Source: an uncultured Bacillales bacterium (GTDB lineage Bacteria; Bacillota_I; Bacilli_A; RF39; UBA660). From it: a DNA stretch of 64,000 nucleotides. Shown in pieces: positions 20,781 to 30,291 of the stretch (position 1 is the first letter of the stretch; the number at the start of each line of letters is the position of its first letter). Below the pieces are notes generated by a model, which had not been told where the DNA came from, ran no database searches, and saw nothing but the letters and a program-made list of their open reading frames with translations. The translations under genes and the position numbers were made by a program. The stretch lies in contig CAJLIR010000001.1 of the NCBI GenBank assembly GCA_905206805.1, forward strand, positions 3,198 through 67,197, given 5' to 3'.

Positions 20781-22061
20781 ATGATACAAAAAGCAAAAGG
20801 AACTTATGATTTATTTGGTGAAAATGGAAAAAAAGTAATATATTTAAAACAATTACTTGAAAGCGTAATGAATAAATATAATTATGAATATATAAAAACA
20901 CCTATTTTTGAATCTAGTGAATTATTTCATAGAGGCGTAGGTGAAACTAGTGATATAGTTTCAAAAGAAACTTACGATTTTGTCGATAGAGGAAATCGTA
21001 ATATGACTTTAAGACCAGAAGGAACTGCCGGTGTAGTTAGAAGTTTTATTGAAAATAAAATGTATGGTGAAGGTAGTATGCCTATAAAATTATGGTATTT
21101 TGGTCCAATGTATCGCTACGAAAGACCACAATCTGGTAGATATCGTGAATTTTTACAGTTTGGTGTTGAAACATTTGGTAGTAATGATCCTATGATTGAT
21201 GCTGAAATAATAAGCATACCAGTTAATTTTTATAAATTACTTGGACTTAAAGGCATTAAAGTTAATATTAATACACTAGGTGATACAGAATCAAGACTCA
21301 AATATCGTGAGGCTTTATTGAATTATTTTAGACCACATATTGATTCATTATGTGAAGACTGTAAAAAAAGATTTGAAAAAAATCCACTTAGAATATTAGA
21401 TTGTAAAGTAGATCATGATTTAGATATAATGAAAAATGTTCCTAAAATATATGACTATTTAAATGAAACAAGTAAAAAGCATTTTGAAGATGTACAAAAA
21501 TATTTAAAATGTTTAAATATAGAGTATGTAGTTAATCCTAACATTGTTAGAGGACTTGATTATTATACTCATACTGTTTTTGAGGTAGAAGCTTCAGTTG
21601 CTGGATTTGGTAGTCAAAATGTTTTGGGTGCTGGTGGCAGATACGATGGATTAGTGGAAACGATAGGAGGCCCTTCTACTCCTGGAGTAGGATTTGCACT
21701 TGGAATTGAAAGATTATTAACAGCTCTAGATTATGAAAATATTAAATTACCAATAGATAATGAATTAGACATATATATAATTCCTATGAACGATGAAGCA
21801 AAAGGATATTCAAGTTATATATTAAATAATATTCGTATGAATGGTTTTAGTTGTGATATAGATTATATGTCAAGAAACATAAAAAGTAATTTTCGCCAAG
21901 CTGATAGATTAAAGGCAAAATATGTTATTATTGTTGGTGAAGACGAAATAAAAACAAAACAATTAACTATTAAAAATAATAATACAAAAGAAGAATTTAA
22001 AGTTAGTGAAGAAGATATAATTGAATTTTTTGATGAGATGATTGATGACTATCATGAATAA
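20781..22061 (+). CDS. hisS: Histidyl-tRNA synthetase.
   Basis: Class II aaRS motifs (TLRPEGTAGVVR, FGPMYRYERPQSGRYREFLQFGVE, GGGRYDGL). Length 426 aa. Confidence 0.95.
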   Translation: MIQKAKGTYDLFGENGKKVIYLKQLLESVMNKYNYEYIKTPIFESSELFHRGVGETSDIVSKETYDFVDRGNRNMTLRPEGTAGVVRSFIENKMYGEGSMPIKLWYFGPMYRYERPQSGRYREFLQFGVETFGSNDPMIDAEIISIPVNFYKLLGLKGIKVNINTLGDTESRLKYREALLNYFRPHIDSLCEDCKKRFEKNPLRILDCKVDHDLDIMKNVPKIYDYLNETSKKHFEDVQKYLKCLNIEYVVNPNIVRGLDYYTHTVFEVEASVAGFGSQNVLGAGGRYDGLVETIGGPSTPGVGFALGIERLLTALDYENIKLPIDNELDIYIIPMNDEAKGYSSYILNNIRMNGFSCDIDYMSRNIKSNFRQADRLKAKYVIIVGEDEIKTKQLTIKNNNTKEEFKVSEEDIIEFFDEMIDDYHE

Positions 22062-22503
22062 GTTCGATTTTAATGGTTATAAAAATTTAAAAGATATAAT
22101 AGGTTATGATGGATTTATAGATAGAGATGGATTATTTTATAAAGTAAAAGTGCGACATTCTTACGATATAAATTGTTCTCATATCAATTGGGCTGAGCAA
22201 TATATTAATCAAGATATAAAAAAATTAAAAACTATCTTGATACCTAGTTATAGTATGATTTATACGCTTTCTAAAATGAGAGATAAACAAGATATACTGA
22301 TACAAATTTTTGGATTTGTTTATTACAGCCATGATCATTTAACTAATGAACCAATTATTATAACACCAGATCCAATATACAATGATAAAAAGATAACTGA
22401 TGAACAATTAGATACTTTATATAAAATAATGGAATATAATATGGAAAAACCGTTAGAACATGAAGTTTTTCTAAATCCATATTACTATAAAAAATATAGA
22501 TAG
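22042..22503 (+). CDS. Hypothetical protein inserted between hisS and aspS.
   Basis: A 153-aa ORF overlapping the hisS stop by 20 nt. No known motifs. Confidence 0.35.
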   Translation: MMTIMNKFDFNGYKNLKDIIGYDGFIDRDGLFYKVKVRHSYDINCSHINWAEQYINQDIKKLKTILIPSYSMIYTLSKMRDKQDILIQIFGFVYYSHDHLTNEPIIITPDPIYNDKKITDEQLDTLYKIMEYNMEKPLEHEVFLNPYYYKKYR

Positions 22504-22512
22504 GAGTAAATT

Positions 22513-23823
22513 ATGAAAATAAATTTTAATGAATTAAAAAACTATGAAAATGAAGAAGTAGTATTACAAGGTTTTGTTGATAAAATAAGAAATTTACAAT
22601 ATGTACAATTTGTAATATTGAGAGATTCAACTGGGAAAGTTCAAATTACAATTGAAAAAAATGAAGAAAATGCCAAAATGGTAGAAATAATTGATAATTT
22701 AACACAAGAAAGTACGCTAAAAGTTAAAGGAAAAGTTTTAATAAATGAAAAAGTTAAAATGGGTGGTATTGAGGTTATTCCAAGTTCTATAACAGTTACT
22801 TCCTTATCGCTTCCAGAATTACCGCTTGACATAAAAAGTAAAGATAACTCTTTAAGAGAAACAAGATTAGATTATCGTTTCTTAGATTTACGTAGAGAAG
22901 AAAATAATTTGTTTTTTAAATGTGAAACAATACTTGAACAAGCATTTAGAGAATATTGTGTAGATAAAAGTTTTATTGAAATTCATTCTCCAAAAATTGC
23001 TGCGGGAGCTGCAGAAAGTGGTGCAGAGGTATTTAAAATAGATTATTTTGGTCAGACTGCATGTCTTTCTCAATCACCACAATTTTATAAACAAATGGCA
23101 ATGGCTGCCGGTTTTGATAAAGTATTTGAAATAGGTCCTGCATTTAGAGCAGAAAATTCTCATACATCATATCATGCTACTGAAATTAATATGGCTGATG
23201 TTGAAATTTCTTGGATCGATTCATTTTCCGATGTAATGGATATGGAGGAAGAATGGATTAAATATGCACTTTCTAAAGTAAAAGAAAAATACGGTGAAGA
23301 AATTAAAAAATTATTTAATGTAGAAATAAGTGATACAACTATTAAATTTCCTCGTATTACATTTAAAGAAGCAAAAGAAATATTAAAAAATGAATTTAAT
23401 TATATTGGAGAAAAAGAAGACGATTTTGAAAGAAAAGAGGAAAATTTATTATGTAAGTATGCTAAACAAAAATATAATTGTGATTTCATATTTGTTACAA
23501 AATTTCCTTTTGCAGCAAGACCTTTTTATCATATGTTAGATGAAGATGGACTTACAAACAGTTACGATTTATTATTTAAAGGAATTGAAATAACTACTGG
23601 TGCGCAAAGAGAACACAGAGTAGATATATTAAGAAAACAAATGATTGAAAAAGATGTTAATCCAGAATCATTAGAATTCTACCTAGATTTCTTTAAATAT
23701 GGATGTCCTCCACATGGTGGATTTGCGATCGGTATTGCCAGAATTATGATGCAAATATTTGAACTTGATAATATAAGAGAAGCAACATTTATTTATAGAG
23801 GCCCTACAAGACTTAATCCATAA
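22513..23823 (+). CDS. aspS: Aspartyl-tRNA synthetase, short archaeal/eukaryal-type form.
   Basis: 436 aa. QSPQFYKQ motif, class II motif 2 FRAENSHTSYHATE, and a C-terminal GGFAIGIARI...RGPTRLNP. It occupies the conserved position downstream of hisS. Confidence 0.8.
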   Translation: MKINFNELKNYENEEVVLQGFVDKIRNLQYVQFVILRDSTGKVQITIEKNEENAKMVEIIDNLTQESTLKVKGKVLINEKVKMGGIEVIPSSITVTSLSLPELPLDIKSKDNSLRETRLDYRFLDLRREENNLFFKCETILEQAFREYCVDKSFIEIHSPKIAAGAAESGAEVFKIDYFGQTACLSQSPQFYKQMAMAAGFDKVFEIGPAFRAENSHTSYHATEINMADVEISWIDSFSDVMDMEEEWIKYALSKVKEKYGEEIKKLFNVEISDTTIKFPRITFKEAKEILKNEFNYIGEKEDDFERKEENLLCKYAKQKYNCDFIFVTKFPFAARPFYHMLDEDGLTNSYDLLFKGIEITTGAQREHRVDILRKQMIEKDVNPESLEFYLDFFKYGCPPHGGFAIGIARIMMQIFELDNIREATFIYRGPTRLNP

Positions 23824-23854
23824 AAAAACACTTAAAATTTCTTAAGTGTTTTTT
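23822..23854. terminator. Bidirectional rho-independent terminator between aspS (+) and comGA (-).
   Basis: AAAAACACTTAA-aatttc-TTAAGTGTTTTTT, flanked by A-runs and T-runs on both sides. Confidence 0.7.
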
Positions 23855-23922
23855 GTTTTACCTTTTGATTTTCAGTATTTACCGAATAATCATATTGATT
23901 GTTAAAAATTTTAGATTAATTT

Positions 23923-25362
23923 TTAAAATTTATTATTAATTAAATCTTCTAAATAATCAAGTTGTTGATTTGAATCATTTATCAATGAATTTTGAGCATT
24001 TTGAGTGTTCTGATTATTATTTAATGAATTATTTTGTTTAAATATTTGGTTTGAAGATTGTGTAGGCATTTCAAATTGTATTGTTTCATTTTGAGGTCTT
24101 TCTGCAATTGCGCTTTTTATTTGTAAATCGTTATTTTCTTCACTTTCATCAATTATATCAAATGCCTCTTCTTTTTCGTCATCTTCTAATTCAACAATTT
24201 TTAAAATTTCTTCTAGTGTTGTTTGACCTTGCAAAACTTTTTCTAAACCATCTTGAAGTAGGGTAGTAACATCAGACTTATAAACTAAATGTCTCAATTT
24301 ATCTTTTCTAACGTTAGAACTAATAGCGTCTCTTATTTCTTGATTAATTAGGAGTACTTCATGTATTGCGATACGTCCTTGATATCCATTTGAACATTCA
24401 TCACAACCTTCATTAGAATAAATCTCTTTAATGTCTTTACCAAGTACTTTTTTAAAAATGTCTTTTTCATATTCATTAGTAGGTCGTAATTTTTTACAAT
24501 GTGGACAAAGTTTACGTGCCAGTTTTTGTGATATTATTCCAGTTAATGCACTAGAGAGTAAATATCTTTGAACATCCATATCAAGTAAACGTTCAATAGT
24601 TGTTAGTGAATCATTAGTATGGAGTGTTGACAAGACGATATGACCTGTAATAGATGCTCTAACAGCAATTTGTGCGGTTTCTGTATCACGAATTTCTCCA
24701 ATCATTATTACATTTGGGTCTTGACGCAAAATTGATCTTAATGCATTTGCGAAGGTTAATCCTATTTCACTGTTTGTTTGAACTTGGTTTATACCTTCGA
24801 TATTCATTTCGATTGGGTCTTCTACGGTAATAATATTTGTATCTTCTTTATTAAGTCTTTGCAACATTGAGTAAACAGTCGTTGATTTACCACTACCAGT
24901 TGCTCCAGTTACTAAAATAATTCCGTTGGGAGTACTAATCATTTCCAAAACTTTTCTATAGTTTTGTTCTGAAAAACCTAAGCTTTCAATTCCACTTAAA
25001 CTCATACTATAATCTAAAATACGGATAACTATTTTTTCACCCTCATTTGTTGGTAAACATGACACACGCAAATCAAGTGGAACGCCTTGCAAAGTAGCTT
25101 TTATGGCACCATCTTGTGGTAATCTAGACTCAGTTATATTCATTCCTGCAATTATTTTAATACGAGTTACTAAATTCTTTTTTATTTCATTTGGAACATC
25201 GGTATAATCAATTAATTGACCATCAATTCTTATTCTAATTTTCATGTGATTATCCATAGGATCAAAATGGATATCACTTGCTCCACGTTTAGAAGCATCT
25301 ACTAGGATATCATTTACAACCTCTACAACTGGCATTTTTCCATAATCATATATTTTTAACAT
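23923..25362 (-). CDS. comGA: Type IV pilus/competence assembly ATPase (ComGA/PilB/GspE family).
   Basis: Walker A GATGSGKST, Asp box, Walker B, and a tetracysteine CPHC...CDEC motif. Unusual Q/N-rich tail of about 90 aa at the C-terminus. Confidence 0.8.
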   Translation of the reverse strand: MLKIYDYGKMPVVEVVNDILVDASKRGASDIHFDPMDNHMKIRIRIDGQLIDYTDVPNEIKKNLVTRIKIIAGMNITESRLPQDGAIKATLQGVPLDLRVSCLPTNEGEKIVIRILDYSMSLSGIESLGFSEQNYRKVLEMISTPNGIILVTGATGSGKSTTVYSMLQRLNKEDTNIITVEDPIEMNIEGINQVQTNSEIGLTFANALRSILRQDPNVIMIGEIRDTETAQIAVRASITGHIVLSTLHTNDSLTTIERLLDMDVQRYLLSSALTGIISQKLARKLCPHCKKLRPTNEYEKDIFKKVLGKDIKEIYSNEGCDECSNGYQGRIAIHEVLLINQEIRDAISSNVRKDKLRHLVYKSDVTTLLQDGLEKVLQGQTTLEEILKIVELEDDEKEEAFDIIDESEENNDLQIKSAIAERPQNETIQFEMPTQSSNQIFKQNNSLNNNQNTQNAQNSLINDSNQQLDYLEDLINNKF

Positions 25363-25461
25363 AAAAATTTCATCCCCTTTTTATTCGATAAGACTAGATT
25401 TTACCATAAATATATTATATAATATATTTGAAATAATATCAATAATAAAGGGGCAAAGTTT

Positions 25462-26019
25462 ATGAAAAAAGATGAAAATGGTTTTATGCTTGTTGAAACT
25501 CTAATTGTTTCAACACTTGTTTCCACTATTTTAGTTGTACTATACGTTCAATTTAATAATATTGTAAATAATTTTGATAAAAATTTCAATTATAATAATA
25601 CTAGTAACTTATATGCTGCAAATAATGTAAAAAATTTTATTCTACAAGATAACAATGGTGAATTTTATTTAAATTTGAAACAGTTTTTAAATGAAAATTT
25701 GGAAAATGATCAAAGTTTTTATTTAAAGATTTTTACAACGTGTGATAATAGTAATATCGATCACAAGGCTTATAATGTAAATTTATGCGAAAAATTTAAT
25801 AGTTTAACTAATTTTTATAATATAAAACAAATATTGTTTGTGATGAATTCTGTTGATTTAAAGGATTCAGATTATAAAGAATTAGAAAGTCCAAACTTTG
25901 TGAATTTTATAAAAAACATAAACAAAAGTACTAAAAACAGTAATAATCAAAATGATGACTATAGAATTTTTATTGAATTTGAAAATAATCAATTTGCAAC
26001 TTTAAAAATGTCTGATTAG
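25462..26019 (+). CDS. Prepilin-type pseudopilin (ComG-like).
   Basis: Leader MKKDENG|FMLVETLIV followed by a hydrophobic helix. Confidence 0.65.
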   Translation: MKKDENGFMLVETLIVSTLVSTILVVLYVQFNNIVNNFDKNFNYNNTSNLYAANNVKNFILQDNNGEFYLNLKQFLNENLENDQSFYLKIFTTCDNSNIDHKAYNVNLCEKFNSLTNFYNIKQILFVMNSVDLKDSDYKELESPNFVNFIKNINKSTKNSNNQNDDYRIFIEFENNQFATLKMSD

Positions 26020-26033
26020 AAAAGGTGAAATGT

Positions 26034-26495
26034 ATGAAAGAAAATAAAGGTTTTACTCTTGTAGAAGTAATTGTGTCTTTTGCGCTTACTATGATCATTG
26101 TTTTGTTTTTGTTTCAATTAATTATTACTTTAAAAAATGTTTATAATCATAAATTAATTATTTCAAATTTAATATTAAAACAATCAAATATTAATCAGAT
26201 GATTAATAGCGACTTAATTGTTAGTAATTTAGGCGATATAATTAGTGTTAGTAATGATATGGTTAGTAATTGTTATAATATAAGTTTTCAGTATGGAAGT
26301 AGAAATATTTGCTATAATAAAGAAAATAATACAATTAGTTATAATGATTATGAGTTTGAACTTATTAAAAATAGTAAAATCGGTGATGTATCGGTTGTAG
26401 TAAATAATGGTATGTTATTCATAGATATTCCTATAACATACCCTGATATTGATAATAATTTTGATGTAAAAATTGCTTATTTTAACAGAATTTAA
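26034..26495 (+). CDS. Prepilin-type pseudopilin (ComG-like).
   Basis: Leader MKENKG|FTLVEVIV followed by a hydrophobic helix. Confidence 0.65.
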   Translation: MKENKGFTLVEVIVSFALTMIIVLFLFQLIITLKNVYNHKLIISNLILKQSNINQMINSDLIVSNLGDIISVSNDMVSNCYNISFQYGSRNICYNKENNTISYNDYEFELIKNSKIGDVSVVVNNGMLFIDIPITYPDIDNNFDVKIAYFNRI

Positions 26496-26539
26496 AGGAT
26501 TTCACCTAGTTAATTGTAAATAATTAATTAGGTGATTTT

Positions 26540-28459
26540 ATGTATAACGATTATTTAAACAATATATTTAATGAGTTTAATCCAAACATTAAATTGGATG
26601 ATGAGCAAAAGAGAGTTGTTTTAAACGATTCTAAAAATTCTTTGATAGTTGCAGGTGCCGGAAGTGGAAAAACTACTGTAATAAGTGCTAAAGTAAAGTA
26701 CTTAATAGATATAAAAAAAATTGAGCCAAGTAAAATACTCGTTATTTCGTTTACAAGAGAATCTGTTAATGATTTAAAAAGGCAAATAATTGATGGGTTA
26801 AGCCTTGAAATTATTATTCAAACATTTCATAAACTGGCACTTTCTATTATCGGAAAAAATAATTCATATAAGATATGTGATAATTTGAAAAATATATTGA
26901 GTATTTATTTTTTGAGAGATATTTATTTTACTCCCGATTATTTGAGTTATTTAAATTATTTATATACCTTTGTTTACATTAAAAATAAAGGCTATTTTAA
27001 AATAAATGATAAAATTTCAGTGACAAGTTTAGAAGAAATTGCAATTGTAAATTTTTTAAATTTAACAAAGATTAACTTTAAATATAAAATTATAAATTTT
27101 AATAATATAATTTCAAAATTTATATTGTATATAGAAAATAATATTGTAGTTATAAATTATTTAAATAAATATAAAAGAAAAAAGACAAAAAAGAATATTT
27201 ATAATATTGTTAAAGATAATGATGTGATTTTTAATATAAGAAAAATACTAGAAAAAAATGGTGTTTATAAATATGATATAATTGAAAACAATGAAATTGA
27301 ATATATAAAGTTTTTAAATGTGTGTTGCTCTTTTATAAATTGCTATAAAGTAAATAATATTAATGAATATTTTTTAATTAGTTTAATTAAAAAATATGAA
27401 AAAAATTATCAAATATCTTTATTTTTAAATGTAATCTTTAATGCTTATAAATATTACATAAATCATAATAAAATCAATCATATTCTAGATTTTAATGATA
27501 TTATTAATGAAGCTATAAAAAAATTAAAACAAGAAGAATTTAATAAGTATAAATATGTAATAATAGATGAGTTTCAAGATATTTCAAAAAATAGATTAGA
27601 AATAATTAAATATTTGAGTAAATATAAAACAAATATAATTGCGTGCGGTGATGATTGGCAATCAATATTTGGATTTGCGGGTTCGGATGTAAATTTGTTT
27701 ATAAATTTTCCTAAGATAATTAAAAACTGTGAGGTTTTAAGAATAACAAATACTTATAGAAACAGTAAGCAATTGATTGATATTTCTGGTAATTTTATAA
27801 TGAAAAATAATCATCAGTTAAAAAAAGAATTAAGATCGGGAAAAAGTTTAGATAAGCCTATAATAATTAATTTTTTTGATGAAAAAAACAATATATCAAA
27901 ACTTATATATGATGTTATTTTAAATATCTTTAATAAAAGTGTTGATAGCAATATCCTAATAATTGGAAGATATAAATTTAGTATAAATAAAATAATTGAT
28001 AAAGAATACTTTGATTTTAAAAATAATCGATTGGTTTGTTTAAAAAAGAATATTAATGTAACTTTTTTAACAGCTCATTCATCAAAAGGATTAACATTTG
28101 ATGAGGTGATTATTTTAGATATGGATGATGATATTTATGGTTTTCCATCACAAATTGTTGATAATTTAGAATTATCTATATTAAAAAACAAAGATAACTT
28201 TTATTTTGAGGAGGAGAGAAGACTATTTTATGTGGCCCTTACCAGAACGAGAGGTCATAATTATCTTTTTTCCCATATAGATAAAATATCACCTTATATA
28301 TATGAATTTTTAGATTTAAAAGAAGTTGAAGTTATAAACTATACCAAAAGAAAAATCAAAAGAAATGTGATATTATGTAAAAATTGTGGTTATTTTTTTA
28401 AAAATAATATTAGATTTAAACATATTTGTCCTAATTGTGGTAATATCATTTTAAAATAG
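26540..28459 (+). CDS. Compact UvrD/PcrA-family SF1 helicase with a C-terminal zinc ribbon.
   Basis: Motif I AGAGSGKTT, Ia ILVISFTRES, II IIDEFQDIS, III ACGDDWQSIFGFAGS, IV TNTYRNSKQLIDISGNF, V FLTAHSSKGLTFDEVII, VI YVALTRTRG. C-terminal CKNCG...CPNCG. Long N/K/I-rich insert between motifs Ia and II. Confidence 0.75.
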   Translation: MYNDYLNNIFNEFNPNIKLDDEQKRVVLNDSKNSLIVAGAGSGKTTVISAKVKYLIDIKKIEPSKILVISFTRESVNDLKRQIIDGLSLEIIIQTFHKLALSIIGKNNSYKICDNLKNILSIYFLRDIYFTPDYLSYLNYLYTFVYIKNKGYFKINDKISVTSLEEIAIVNFLNLTKINFKYKIINFNNIISKFILYIENNIVVINYLNKYKRKKTKKNIYNIVKDNDVIFNIRKILEKNGVYKYDIIENNEIEYIKFLNVCCSFINCYKVNNINEYFLISLIKKYEKNYQISLFLNVIFNAYKYYINHNKINHILDFNDIINEAIKKLKQEEFNKYKYVIIDEFQDISKNRLEIIKYLSKYKTNIIACGDDWQSIFGFAGSDVNLFINFPKIIKNCEVLRITNTYRNSKQLIDISGNFIMKNNHQLKKELRSGKSLDKPIIINFFDEKNNISKLIYDVILNIFNKSVDSNILIIGRYKFSINKIIDKEYFDFKNNRLVCLKKNINVTFLTAHSSKGLTFDEVIILDMDDDIYGFPSQIVDNLELSILKNKDNFYFEEERRLFYVALTRTRGHNYLFSHIDKISPYIYEFLDLKEVEVINYTKRKIKRNVILCKNCGYFFKNNIRFKHICPNCGNIILK

Positions 28460-28511
28460 TAAAAATTTATGATATAATGTACTTATAAGTGTATACAGAA
28501 AAGGTGTTAAA

Positions 28512-29435
28512 ATGAAAAAGTGTGTTGTTATTTATAACCCTAATAGTGGTAAAAAAAATAAAGATATTTTTTTAAAACAATATAAACAAGTTTTGGAAAG
28601 TTATGATTATGAAGTTACGACTTTTTTTACAAAATATCATGGACACGCTATTGAAATTGTAAAAAAATTGGATAATCCTGATTTAGTTATTTCAGTTGGT
28701 GGAGACGGGACTTTTAATGAAGTAATGACTGGAAACTTCAAACGACAGGAAAAGGTTTTACTGGCTCATATTCCTCTTGGTACTACAAATGACATCGGTT
28801 CTATGTTTGGATATACTAAAAACCCTATAAACAATTTAAAATTAATTATGAATAGTGGTGTAGTAAAGAAAATCGATATATGCACAATAAATGGAGAACC
28901 TTTTGTATACGTTGCGGGCTTTGGAAAATTTATGAATGTTCCTTATGAAACATCTCGTGATTTAAAGAAAAAGTATGGATATTTAGCTTATATTTTAGAA
29001 GGAGTCAAAAGTTTTAGAGCTAAAACAAATTTATATGATATAACTTACGAAATAGATGGAGAAATTTATAGGGGCTTATATTCATTTATGATAGCTTCTA
29101 ATGCTAATAGAATTGCAGGAGTTAATAATTTTTTCAAAGATATTAAACTTGATGATGATCAATTTGAGGTTTTGTTTTGTAACTTATCAACTAAAAAAGA
29201 CATTATTAAAAGTTTATATTATTTAAAAATGCATGATATTACTAAGGTACCTGGTTTTTATTTCCATAAAACTAATAATTTAAAGATTACATTTAATGAT
29301 TTAAACCGTAAAAAATGGTGTATAGATGGTGAAAAGTATGAAGAAAATACTAACACTTTTGAAATAAAAGTTGTTCAAGGAATTAAGATTATGCTTCCAA
29401 ATAAAAAAATCGATACTTTATTTATTAATAAGTAG
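28512..29435 (+). CDS. Diacylglycerol kinase-family lipid kinase (DagK/YegS).
   Basis: DAGK catalytic motif GGDGTFNEV. Length 307 aa. Confidence 0.8.
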   Translation: MKKCVVIYNPNSGKKNKDIFLKQYKQVLESYDYEVTTFFTKYHGHAIEIVKKLDNPDLVISVGGDGTFNEVMTGNFKRQEKVLLAHIPLGTTNDIGSMFGYTKNPINNLKLIMNSGVVKKIDICTINGEPFVYVAGFGKFMNVPYETSRDLKKKYGYLAYILEGVKSFRAKTNLYDITYEIDGEIYRGLYSFMIASNANRIAGVNNFFKDIKLDDDQFEVLFCNLSTKKDIIKSLYYLKMHDITKVPGFYFHKTNNLKITFNDLNRKKWCIDGEKYEENTNTFEIKVVQGIKIMLPNKKIDTLFINK

Positions 29436-29450
29436 TTAGGTGTTGAAATA

Positions 29451-30143
29451 ATGATAAATATATATAATATAAAAATAATATTTATACTTTTTATTTTTTA
29501 TTCTATGATAGGATGGATAATAGAAGTTTTAGACCAATTTTATAGAAAAAAAAGATTTATAAATAGAGGATTTTTAATAGGACCGTATTGTCCAGTACAT
29601 GGTATTGGTGCATTACTTATGGTTTTATTATTAAGTGGTATTACCGATAGTTATATAATTTTATTTTTTAGTGCATCTTTAATTTGTACAATTTTAGAAT
29701 ATATTACAAGTTTTTTACTCGAAAAAATTTTTAAGGCTAGATGGTGGGATTATTCTTGCTATAAGTTTAATTTAAATGGTAGAGTATGTTTGCAAAATAG
29801 TATATTTTTTGGTATTGCTGGTGTATTTATTGTAAAAATTGCTAATCCATTTGTAGTAAAATTCATTATACAAAATGTTCCAGATTTAAATGTTATTTGT
29901 TTAGTATTGGGAATCATTTTTACCTTGGATTTATTTATATCATTTAATGTAATTGTAAAATTTAAAAACATTACAAATATTTTAACAAAAGATAGTACTG
30001 AGGAAATTTCAAATAGAGTAAAAAAAACATTAGCAAAAAAATCCGTTTTATTTAAAAGGCTTATTAATGCTTTTCCTAATTTAAAAAATGGTGCTAAAAA
30101 AATTAAAGACAATATTATAAGTATTTTTAATGTTATAAAATAA
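29451..30143 (+). CDS. Membrane protein, possibly of the putative ABC-transporter type IV family (PF06541-like).
   Basis: GWIIE and GPYCPVHG motifs. 5-6 TM helices. Confidence 0.4.
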   Translation: MINIYNIKIIFILFIFYSMIGWIIEVLDQFYRKKRFINRGFLIGPYCPVHGIGALLMVLLLSGITDSYIILFFSASLICTILEYITSFLLEKIFKARWWDYSCYKFNLNGRVCLQNSIFFGIAGVFIVKIANPFVVKFIIQNVPDLNVICLVLGIIFTLDLFISFNVIVKFKNITNILTKDSTEEISNRVKKTLAKKSVLFKRLINAFPNLKNGAKKIKDNIISIFNVIK

Positions 30144-30225
30144 AACATATTTAGTGTTTTATTTTTTTTTAGAGAAAAACTTGCTATTTAATTAAATTAT
30201 TTTTTCTTGTTTATTAAAAATAATT

Positions 30226-30291
30226 ATGTTACAATTTAAGAGAGCCTATAGAAACTCTCTATGGCTTTTTTTGTTATTGTGGAGGTTTTTT
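30226..30291 (+). promoter_or_regulatory. pyrG leader with a hairpin and U-tract (possible attenuator).
   Basis: An extended -10 element TGTTACAAT. The transcript then reads AGAGAG-cctatagaaa-CTCTCT followed by ATGGCTTTTTTT, immediately upstream of the pyrG RBS GGAGG. Confidence 0.35.

Noticed and set aside
30226-30291. N-terminal 22 codons of the track ORF for pyrG (MLQFKRAYRNSLWLFLLLWRFF).
   Set aside because: The conserved CTP synthase N-terminus (MTKYVFVTGGVVSGLGKGI) begins at 30292 with an RBS GGAGG. The upstream in-frame codons are leader RNA and not coding.
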